From positions 4,480,001 through 4,544,000 of the forward strand of contig OZ244561.1 in NCBI GenBank assembly GCA_965217585.1: a DNA stretch of 64,000 nt. Direction: 5' to 3'. The DNA is from Candidatus Latescibacterota bacterium (lineage in GTDB: Bacteria > Latescibacterota > UBA2968 > UBA8231). Position 1 is the first letter of the stretch. Each line of letters starts with the position of its first letter. Positions 56,488 through 64,000 of the stretch are shown in pieces. Below the pieces are notes generated by a model that made no database searches, was not told the origin of the DNA, and saw only the letters and a list, made by a program, of their open reading frames with translations. The translations under genes and the position numbers were made by a program.

Positions 56488-57966
56488 TCAGCCGGAGGCG
56501 TCCGGGTCCCAGATCGCTACCGGATTCGCCGGGTCCGGATCGACGGGCCAGAGCCCGCGGCCGCTTCCCGTGAACGGAATGGAGGCGAAGTTTAGGGTGC
56601 AGACCCCGGGGCCGTCGAACAGCAGGCCGCGCTCCCAGCGGGCGCCGAAGGCCGCCATCCACCCGGTCATGCTCTTGGCCATGACCGCGAGGGCGGCGTC
56701 CGGCTGCAGCCCGGCGCACTCGTAGAAGGCCGGATCCGGAGTCAGCGCCGGGTACGAGCAGGCGACGAGCTGAATCTGCCCCGACTCGACGACTGCGGCT
56801 TCCCCCATCGAGAAGGCCTGGCCCGTGTAGGCTCCGCCGCGGGCCTTGTAGTTCCCCTCTCCCGTCCAGGTCACGCGCCCTTCCCAGGAGACCGGCGGGT
56901 CGCCGGTGGTGAAGCGGGTCGCCCCGCGGCGGGCCGCGGCGACGGTGCCCGGGTCGACCACCCAGAGCAGCACCTTGCCGGGCAGCTCTTCGCGGAGCGG
57001 CAGCAGTCGCCGCAGGGCCTCGGCGCTGTGGCCGGGGGAGCCCCCGGCGGTCGCGTCCGCGGTGTCGACCAGCACCCAGGGCTCCGGACCCTTGCGCCGG
57101 AGCCTCTGCAGGATCTCCGGCCAGGGGGTGAGCCGGCTTCTCCAGTGGCGCCTCTGGGCGTACCACTCGCCGGCGAGCTTCTGCAGCTCATCGAGGGGGA
57201 CGCCGCCTCCGGCAGCGGTGACGACCACGGAAGAGCCCATTTCGTCGATATCCATCCAGGGCTGCACCGGCAGGATGCAGACGTCGAGGACGTCTCTGTG
57301 CCGCCGTTCCAGCTCGCGGGCGCGGGTGAGCAGGTCGCACAGGTTCCCCGCGAAATGGGTGCTGTCGGTCGGGGGCATCAGGGCGGACACCTTGGCCGCG
57401 GCGCGGGTGAAGGGGCCCGGGTGCAAGGCCAGGCGCGCGGCGCGCTCGCCGGTGGCGGTGAAGTCCATGTGGGGGAAGGTTCGGTACGCGGTGACCGCGT
57501 CGGCGTGCTGCAGCATGCGGCGGGTGAAGTTGGCGTGCAGGTCGAGGGAGAGCACGACCCGGCCGCGGTAGCCGAGATCGGTGCGCACCTTCTCGAGGAG
57601 GTACCCCTCGGGATCGTCCTCGCCGTCGGCGGCCGCGGCCCCGTGCAGGTGGAGGATGAGGACGTCGAACGGCATCGCGGCGGCGACCCGGTCGAGCAGG
57701 GTGCCGCTGATCTCGCGCAAGCAGGCGGCGCTCAGGCGTCCGGCGGGAGAGCCGCAGAGGGCGGTGAAACAGGGGGTGGTTTCCCAGCCGGCTGCGGCCA
57801 GCATCTTTAGGCTGCCGTGCATCTGCGAGTCGGTCCCGGCGGCCCAGGCGCGCACCCGGGCTTCGTCTTCGAGGAAGACTCCCCCTTTCCTGAAGAGGTC
57901 GATCTCCGCCAAGCCGGGAGTGAAGGTGTTGCTTTCGAAGATGAACTGGGCGAGGGCGGCTTTCAT
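56488..57966 (-). CDS. M81/MlrC-family metallopeptidase
   Basis: ESNTF, LHLHGA, SLDLHAN, YRTFPHMD; start MKAALAQ. Confidence 0.88.
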   Translation of the reverse strand: MKAALAQFIFESNTFTPGLAEIDLFRKGGVFLEDEARVRAWAAGTDSQMHGSLKMLAAAGWETTPCFTALCGSPAGRLSAACLREISGTLLDRVAAAMPFDVLILHLHGAAAADGEDDPEGYLLEKVRTDLGYRGRVVLSLDLHANFTRRMLQHADAVTAYRTFPHMDFTATGERAARLALHPGPFTRAAAKVSALMPPTDSTHFAGNLCDLLTRARELERRHRDVLDVCILPVQPWMDIDEMGSSVVVTAAGGGVPLDELQKLAGEWYAQRRHWRSRLTPWPEILQRLRRKGPEPWVLVDTADATAGGSPGHSAEALRRLLPLREELPGKVLLWVVDPGTVAAARRGATRFTTGDPPVSWEGRVTWTGEGNYKARGGAYTGQAFSMGEAAVVESGQIQLVACSYPALTPDPAFYECAGLQPDAALAVMAKSMTGWMAAFGARWERGLLFDGPGVCTLNFASIPFTGSGRGLWPVDPDPANPVAIWDPDASG

Positions 57967-58208
57967 CGGACAGCTCGGGTAATGGGTTGTAATTGCCGCA
58001 CCTGATTCTGCCGTGGGTGCTCGGCAGGTACGCCAGGGTGCAGGCATGGGCCTAGGCGGTTGCCCGGCCTCCCCTCCAAAGCTACTTTTCCCCAGGCGGT
58101 CAGGGGCGGTTGCCGAATCGCTCCGCCAGCCTGGAGTTCCACCGGCCCTGGCAAACCGGAACCGCGACATCCTTCAGAAAACACTGCCGACCACGAAAGG
58201 AGAGAGCC

Positions 58209-59294
58209 GTGCTGATTTTCGATGGCGACTACCCGATGGCGCACGGTGCCCTCGATCTCAACAGGGACCTGACCCTTCCGCTCGACGAGCTGCGCGCCGC
58301 CGCCGCCAACCCCTCCAACATTCCCTTCGGCTGCCTCCCGGAGATGCGCAGAGGGGGGGTGTACTGCGCGCTGATGAAGATCGCGGCGCGGCGAATGCGC
58401 AAGGGCAGCATCCTGCCGGGGTATCGCGGCAAGGAGGTGGTGTACGCCGCGGGGAAGGGGCAGCTCGCCCTGTACCGCGGCCTGGAGAGCACCGGGGAAG
58501 CGGTCGTCGTCACCACCGCTGGACAGCTGCGCGAGCTCGCCGGGCAGTGGGAGCAGCGGGAAGGGGACTCCCGGCTGCCGGTCGGCTTCCTGCTCGGCAT
58601 GGAGGGGGCCGACCCGATCCTGACGCCGGGGCAGGTAGGGGAGTGGTGGGATGACGGGGTGCGCGTGGTCAGCCTGACGCACTACGGCCGCAGCCGCTAC
58701 GCCCACGGCACCGGCACCGAGGGGGGGCTGCTGCCCCCCGGACCGGAGCTGCTGCGGGAGATGGAGGCCTGCGGCATGCTGCTCGACACGACGCACATCG
58801 CCGACCGCAGTTTCTGGGAAGCACTCGACCATTACTCCGGCCCGATCCTGGCGAGCCATCAGAACTGCCGCGCCCTGGCCCCGGGAGAGCGCCAGTTCAG
58901 CGACGAGCAGGTCAGGGCGGTGATCGAGCGGGACGGCGTCGTCGGGGCCTCGATGGACACCTGGATGCTGCGCGAGAAGCAGGATCTCGACTGGGCCCGC
59001 ACCAAAGATTTCCCGCGGCGGGAGTACTACGCGCGGGAAGAAGTGACCCTGGAGCATATCGCCAACCACGTCGACCACGTCTGCCAGCTGGCCGGCAACT
59101 CCCGGCACGCGGGGATCGGCGGTGACACCGACGGCCAAGGGGGGATCGACGGGGCCCCGCTCGAGATCGACAGCGTAGCCGACTACGGGAAGCTCGTCCC
59201 GATTCTCGAGCGCCGTGGCTACGGCAGCGAGGACGTCGCCAACGTCATGTACGGGAACTGGCACCGGTTCTACACCTCGTACCTGCCGCAGTGA
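58209..59294 (+). CDS. M19 membrane/renal-type dipeptidase
   Basis: LGMEGADP, SLTHYG, LDTTH, ASHQN, IGGDTDG, GNW. Confidence 0.85.
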   Translation: MLIFDGDYPMAHGALDLNRDLTLPLDELRAAAANPSNIPFGCLPEMRRGGVYCALMKIAARRMRKGSILPGYRGKEVVYAAGKGQLALYRGLESTGEAVVVTTAGQLRELAGQWEQREGDSRLPVGFLLGMEGADPILTPGQVGEWWDDGVRVVSLTHYGRSRYAHGTGTEGGLLPPGPELLREMEACGMLLDTTHIADRSFWEALDHYSGPILASHQNCRALAPGERQFSDEQVRAVIERDGVVGASMDTWMLREKQDLDWARTKDFPRREYYAREEVTLEHIANHVDHVCQLAGNSRHAGIGGDTDGQGGIDGAPLEIDSVADYGKLVPILERRGYGSEDVANVMYGNWHRFYTSYLPQ

Positions 59295-59303
59295 GGCAGC
59301 CCG

Positions 59304-59440
59304 ATGGAAACGGCCCTCCACACGAGCAGCTGCAGCGGGTTTTCCGTCGAGCAGGCGCTGGAGCTGACGGCGCGCTCGGGATACCGGCAGGTGGAGATCG
59401 CCGCGGACATCACCGAGTCGCACCACTTCGAGTCGCACCG
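59304..59440 (+). pseudogene. 5' fragment of a sugar phosphate isomerase/epimerase
   Basis: METALHTSSCSGFSVEQALELTARSGYRQVEI, then abrupt loss of coding signal and GC. Confidence 0.55.
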
Positions 59441-59544
59441 TCTTGGTGATTGCCAATCTGTCCGTATGAACTCATAGTGCACTTGGGAGGCAGGTGTACT
59501 CGTGTATAGATAGATTAAGGCGTATATAAGGCACCTTTTTGGAC

Positions 59545-59663
59545 CCTCTGTCAAGGCGCTGAGCGCATGCAAGGGTCAGGTAAGATTCGCTGTGGGAACG
59601 ACGAGTGGGCAGGGGCTATGGGGGAGGGGAATGACCGTTATTGGGATTTCGTAAACAGCTTCT
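59545..59663. mobile_element. IS-end/MITE-like element, copy 2
   Basis: Direct-orientation match to 56189-56358, ending ATTTCGTAAACAGCTTCT. Confidence 0.45.
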
Positions 59664-59664
59664 G

Positions 59665-61056
59665 TCACAGGGACTGCAAAAAGGCCACGAGCGCGTCCCG
59701 GTCGCTCTGGTTGAGTTGGCGCACGAATTCCCGCGCTGTTGCCGCCTCGCCGCCGTGGAACATGATGGCTTCCATCAGCGTGCGGGCCCGTCCATCGTGC
59801 AGATACGCTGGAATGCCATTGACCGTTGCCGTCAGGCCAATGCCCCACAGCGGCGGCGTGCGCCATTCGCGGCCATCGGCCTCAAAGTCGGGACGGTCGT
59901 CGGCCAACTCTTCCCCCATGTCGTGCAACAGCAGATCCGTGTAGGGATGAATGGTCTGGTTGGATAGGGCCGCAATCTCGTGGTGGCCCGTCTGCAAGGT
60001 GGGGATGTGGCACCCCGAGCACTGGGCCGCAGCAAATATCTCTTCGCCGCGCAAAGCCTGCGGATCGTCGATGTTGCGGCGGGCGGGCACTGCTAGAGTT
60101 TGCACGTAAAAGGTGTTGATATCCAGCGTCTCCTGGCCAATTTCAGGATCGTCTTGGTGCTCGTCTATTTGCGGCTGGCCGGCGGAGGACTCCTCGGGGA
60201 AATAGGGGCTGGTGATGCCCATGTCTTGGTGGTAAGCCCCGGCGACCTGCTGCAACAGGTCGGGATTGTTGGCCTTGAGGCCAAAGCGGCCCAATTCGGT
60301 CTGTTGCGTGCGGAAGTTGTACACCCGATTGGGGCGGCCAGATACGCCGTCGCCATCGCTGTCGCCGGGGTCGGCCAGCGCCAGAATAGTCTCTTCGGGG
60401 ATGGCTTCGAGCAGGCCGCGGCCAAATACCGGCGGGGCCATGCGCGGCGAGAACAGGGCGTCCGCCGGCAGCGGTTGATAGGTCTCCACTACGTCGTAAA
60501 CCGGAAAGCGCAGGGAGTACTCTGCGCCGTCGGCAAAATGGTGGGTCTCCTCAAAGTAGGTGACGTCGATCCGCGCTTCGGGTGCGATCCCGAAAACGGC
60601 GCGATCCCCAATCTGTTCGCCAAAGCCCGGCACCGGCTGCGGTCCACCAGGCACTTCGGGGTTGGTGCCGGGCAAGCTGACCCGCATGAGCATAGAGCCG
60701 ATAAAAGGGGCGGTATCGCCAAACCCTTCGCGCCCCCGGCCATCGCGGGCGTGACAGCCCACGCACGAGGTTTGATTGAAAACCGGTCCTAGGCCATGCC
60801 CCACTTCGGCCGGCGCGGTGACAAAGACCTGTTCAAAGGCCGCGTCCCCGGCCAAAAAGCGGTCCATGTCCATCCCGTTCAAAGAGGGGATGGGGTTTTC
60901 AAACGCCAGACTGCTGGCGTCAAAGACCGTCGCCGCCCCGCCCGACAGTGCGCGGTCGTCCTCCACGGGAGTCGGTCCTAACCCACGGTCGTCGCTGCAC
61001 TGGGTGAGCGTAGCTAGAAGGCCCATATAGAGTATGGACGTACGGGTAATGATCAT
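59665..61056 (-). CDS. Di-heme oxidoreductase (DHOR) family lipoprotein
   Basis: CVGCH and CSGCH heme motifs, GLGPVFN, PYTDLLLHDMG, WRTPPLWG, LHDGRA. Confidence 0.92.
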   Translation of the reverse strand: MIITRTSILYMGLLATLTQCSDDRGLGPTPVEDDRALSGGAATVFDASSLAFENPIPSLNGMDMDRFLAGDAAFEQVFVTAPAEVGHGLGPVFNQTSCVGCHARDGRGREGFGDTAPFIGSMLMRVSLPGTNPEVPGGPQPVPGFGEQIGDRAVFGIAPEARIDVTYFEETHHFADGAEYSLRFPVYDVVETYQPLPADALFSPRMAPPVFGRGLLEAIPEETILALADPGDSDGDGVSGRPNRVYNFRTQQTELGRFGLKANNPDLLQQVAGAYHQDMGITSPYFPEESSAGQPQIDEHQDDPEIGQETLDINTFYVQTLAVPARRNIDDPQALRGEEIFAAAQCSGCHIPTLQTGHHEIAALSNQTIHPYTDLLLHDMGEELADDRPDFEADGREWRTPPLWGIGLTATVNGIPAYLHDGRARTLMEAIMFHGGEAATAREFVRQLNQSDRDALVAFLQSL

Positions 61057-61070
61057 TGCGAGAAATGAAT

Positions 61071-62147
61071 TTAATTACCTAAAACCAGCGGCAGGATATC
61101 TTCCGCCAAGGTTTGCTGGACTTTGGCCACTGCGGCCTGTGCCTTTTCGATTTGGTCCCGATCCGAGGCAATGGCGTCGCGGAAGGGCTGCTGGATACGG
61201 CCGATCTCGGCGATGGCCGTCTGGATTTCCCGTTTGAGCCGCTGATCTAGGTCGGCGTCGGCTTGGCGGATGAATTCGTCCAAGCCCTCGCCGGTGCCCG
61301 CGTAGTCGCCGGTATAGACGTGCTGGACGCTGCGGAGGTTGTTCTGGAAGTCGGCGATAGAATTGAAGCTGAATTGGGATTCGACGAGGCGGGGATCTTC
61401 CTCGACGAAGGGGTCGGCGATTTTGCCGTTGGCCACCTCGTCGCAGATGCCGATCATGCCGTTGACCATTTCCTGGACTGCCGACTGGGCGGACGGATAA
61501 GCGTCGCTGCCATTGCCGGCGTCGCGGACCTTTTGACCAAAGTTGCCGCCACTGGGGATCCAGCTATTGTGCAGGGCACTGGCCGTGGCTTGCAGATCTT
61601 GGGTCGTGGCGATCAGATAGGCGAACTCGCGCTCGGTGAAATCGGCCGCAGTTTTACTGCCTCCTTCGTCAAAGAGCAGGTACTCGATGGTGTGGAAGCC
61701 CTTGAGGGTTCCGTCCAGCCCGCCCACGTACGCGGTCGTCAAGTCGTTGTCGCTGGCCAATACCCCGTTCAAATCCGTGCGGTTGACCGGCCAACTGTCG
61801 AGCGACGGATCGTAGCCGTTGAAGTCCACCGGCCCAAAGAGGAATCCCTCGCTGGCTTCCCAGGGGATGCGCGTGGCCACCCAAGCGTCCCGGGCAGCAC
61901 TGAGGTTTCCAGCCGTAGGATCGCTGCTCAGGGCCTCGATCGCGGCAAGCAGTTCGCCCGCCCGCTCGTCCAAGTCCGCGTACGTGGCAATGACGACTTG
62001 GTCGGTGAAGTTGCTCAAGATGGGCGCAAAGTCGAACTCAGCCGCGGCTGGCCCGGTGGGCGCGTCGCTGTCGTCGCCGCAGCCGGCAACCAGCAGCAGA
62101 CTGCAAGCGGCTAGTCCGATCCCCAATCGCAAGAACGTGGCTTTCAT
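61071..62147 (-). CDS. Imelysin-family (peptidase M75/IrpA-like) iron-binding lipoprotein
   Basis: Lipobox VAGC; WEASEGFLFGP, DSWP, GFHTIEYLLF. Confidence 0.9.
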   Translation of the reverse strand: MKATFLRLGIGLAACSLLLVAGCGDDSDAPTGPAAAEFDFAPILSNFTDQVVIATYADLDERAGELLAAIEALSSDPTAGNLSAARDAWVATRIPWEASEGFLFGPVDFNGYDPSLDSWPVNRTDLNGVLASDNDLTTAYVGGLDGTLKGFHTIEYLLFDEGGSKTAADFTEREFAYLIATTQDLQATASALHNSWIPSGGNFGQKVRDAGNGSDAYPSAQSAVQEMVNGMIGICDEVANGKIADPFVEEDPRLVESQFSFNSIADFQNNLRSVQHVYTGDYAGTGEGLDEFIRQADADLDQRLKREIQTAIAEIGRIQQPFRDAIASDRDQIEKAQAAVAKVQQTLAEDILPLVLGN

Positions 62148-62233
62148 AAGGGTCGCTCCTTTTCGTCAGAATTGAAATCCAGCGCACAGGCGACTTCCAC
62201 CCGTGCCTGGTTTCACGGTGAATGGCTCTTTTT

Positions 62234-63490
62234 TTAGAACTGAAATCCCAGTCCTAAGCTCAAGGTGTTTTCAGGGTTAAAGCGGGCGGCACCCAGTCGC
62301 CGCATGGCGTAATCGGCCTTGAGTACCACGGTTTCTTCCATGTTGTAGTTTGCGCCGAGGGTATAGACCCGACGCGCAAAGCGCGGATTGTCAAAGGTTT
62401 GGTCCGGGACCGCGGCCATACTGTCGTATGCGTCTAAGCGGATGAACAGGTCTAAGCGGTCGGGTGAGGGAGCGGCCAGCCAAGGCAGCACGTCGTAGCC
62501 GACCTCGACGAAGGCCGCATACGCCGCCCGGGCCACTGGCGAGCGCAAGACATCGAGATTGTTCGATAGGGTGCGGTTGCGGGCGCTGACGAGGGCGGCA
62601 TTCTGCAGATGCCCATAGAGGTATAGCCCGCGCGCGCGGACCCGCCCCCAGTCGAAGCTGCCGTGCACATCGACGATGGAGACATGCGCGTCAATCCCTG
62701 CCATATCGGGCTTGGGGCGGTTGTCGGCACTGTCGCCGCGATAGCCAGAAATACCCAGCGCACATTGCGGCGCGAACTGATAATCGAGGCGGGCGACCCA
62801 AGCCATATTGGTCGCCTGAATCGTCTCAAAGCGCTTTTGGTGGCCGCCGACGATCCAGTTTTGCGAGCTGAAACCGGTCGCGTCTAAGCCATTGACTAGC
62901 TGTAGCTGGTAGCGCCAGCCTCGGTAGGCCCCGGAGACCTCCACGCCGGTCTCGTGCCAGAGGGCCGGGATGATGGAAGTCTCGGCTTCCGAACGCCGAG
63001 TGCCGAAAAAATCGGCGGGATGGAAGTGATGGCTTATGTGGCCCACGGCGACGTAGAAATGCCCCAGGCGGACGCGGAAGGCATCGTTGAATGTCCGCTC
63101 GACGGCCAGCTCCTCGACGATGACTTCGCCGCCTTTTTCGATTTCCTGCTCGAACTCGCCGAATTCCTCAAACTCCAATTCCAGCGCGGCACCAGCTCCG
63201 CCGTGCTCAAATTCCACCTCGGCTGCCAACTCCGTATTTTTGAGCAACTCGACTTCCAGTTCGAGTGCGAGGCGGGTGATGTCGATGATGGCGCGGCTGT
63301 CTGGGGGGGAGCCGTTGGGACCGCTTTTTTGGTCGGGGCCGAAATCGAAGTGGGAATAGAGTAGCTCGCCGTAGCCTTCTAGATGAAAAGACGGCCCTGC
63401 GGAGGCGTTCGCACCTTGCACGGGTAAGGAAGAAAGAAGGATAAATAGCTGAAAAATATGGAGATAAGGTTTATTAAGTGCGCGTCGCAT
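62234..63490 (-). CDS. Outer-membrane beta-barrel/porin associated with iron uptake
   Basis: Signal peptide, EVEFEHGG...E...GGEV, WHETG, C-terminal aromatic LGLGFQF; operon context. Confidence 0.75.
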   Translation of the reverse strand: MRRALNKPYLHIFQLFILLSSLPVQGANASAGPSFHLEGYGELLYSHFDFGPDQKSGPNGSPPDSRAIIDITRLALELEVELLKNTELAAEVEFEHGGAGAALELEFEEFGEFEQEIEKGGEVIVEELAVERTFNDAFRVRLGHFYVAVGHISHHFHPADFFGTRRSEAETSIIPALWHETGVEVSGAYRGWRYQLQLVNGLDATGFSSQNWIVGGHQKRFETIQATNMAWVARLDYQFAPQCALGISGYRGDSADNRPKPDMAGIDAHVSIVDVHGSFDWGRVRARGLYLYGHLQNAALVSARNRTLSNNLDVLRSPVARAAYAAFVEVGYDVLPWLAAPSPDRLDLFIRLDAYDSMAAVPDQTFDNPRFARRVYTLGANYNMEETVVLKADYAMRRLGAARFNPENTLSLGLGFQF

Positions 63491-63562
63491 GGATTGGATG
63501 AGGGGAGTCGTATTACTATTACATATTTTCTGTAAGTAAAACCAAAGTTTTCTTTAATATCT

Positions 63563-63586
63563 TTTTGTTTTATATATCAAACAAAA
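63563..63586. promoter_or_regulatory. Inverted repeat in the AT-rich divergent promoter region
   Basis: TTTTGTTT-TATATATC-AAACAAAA. Confidence 0.3.
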
Positions 63587-63731
63587 GTATAGGGCGTATT
63601 CATATCTGTCAAGAACATTATTTGCCGTTAAGGCACCTAACCGCCGAGGATGATGCAAATGACCCGCCAACCGTGCGGAGGACTTTTTTGCATTCGACTT
63701 CGCAGTATATTTATTGGATTTGGAAAAGGCT

Positions 63732-64000
63732 ATGGGATTTGTAGAAACATTTGCTGACTCGCTAAAAGAGATGCCCCGCGCGCCGATGGGGGAGGCCCTG
63801 CGGCCGCTGTGGAGCGAGGCCCTCGCGGACATCAAAGCCGAGCACGAGGCCGGAGCCGACGGGCAGGCCGTGGCCCGGCGGATCGCCGAGGCCATGGACG
63901 CTGTGGTGCTGTCTATCTACCGGAGCGCCGTGCCCCAGACGGCTGGCCCCCACGCGCTGGTGGCGCTGGGCGGGTACGGCCGCTGCGAAATGGCGCCGCA
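63732..64000 (+). CDS. glnD: [Protein-PII] uridylyltransferase, 5' part (runs off window)
   Basis: Translated by hand: MGFVETFADSLKEMPRAP...HALVALGGYGRCEMAP, matching the GlnD nucleotidyltransferase motif. Confidence 0.8.
   Translation, partial: MGFVETFADSLKEMPRAPMGEALRPLWSEALADIKAEHEAGADGQAVARRIAEAMDAVVLSIYRSAVPQTAGPHALVALGGYGRCEMAP

Noticed and set aside
63500-63620. Fur box upstream of the iron-uptake operon
   Set aside because: AT-rich, but the best match to the 19-bp consensus by eye was only about half the positions

Overview
A gene-dense bacterial window, mostly about 60% GC by eye. The gene content (DUF6785 membrane protein, T9SS-like/FlgD-Ig C-terminal domain, PhyH dioxygenases, sulfatase, eukaryote-like LRR and TPR proteins) suggests an FCB-group, Latescibacterota-like sponge symbiont; this is inference only. 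Most genes are catabolic oxidoreductases, dehydratases and hydrolases. Also present are an MrfA-MrfB-like helicase-exonuclease fusion, mazEF, two DUF262-based candidate defence loci, a glutamate decarboxylase, a porin-imelysin-di-heme iron-uptake operon and the 5' end of glnD. Four observations stand out. (1) A complete partner-switching signalling module (REC-PP2C, RsbW-like kinase, periplasmic binding protein, TorS-like histidine kinase) converges on an amt-STAS operon that lacks glnK. (2) A promoter-initiated, highly structured ~400-nt leader or ncRNA precedes the LRR gene. (3) A ~3 kb high-GC island is bracketed by two direct copies of an IS-end-like element. (4) Many short gene scars sit between intact genes. 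No rRNA, tRNA, CRISPR array, integrase, transposase or reverse transcriptase was recognised. Family assignments come from motif recognition by eye, not database searches.
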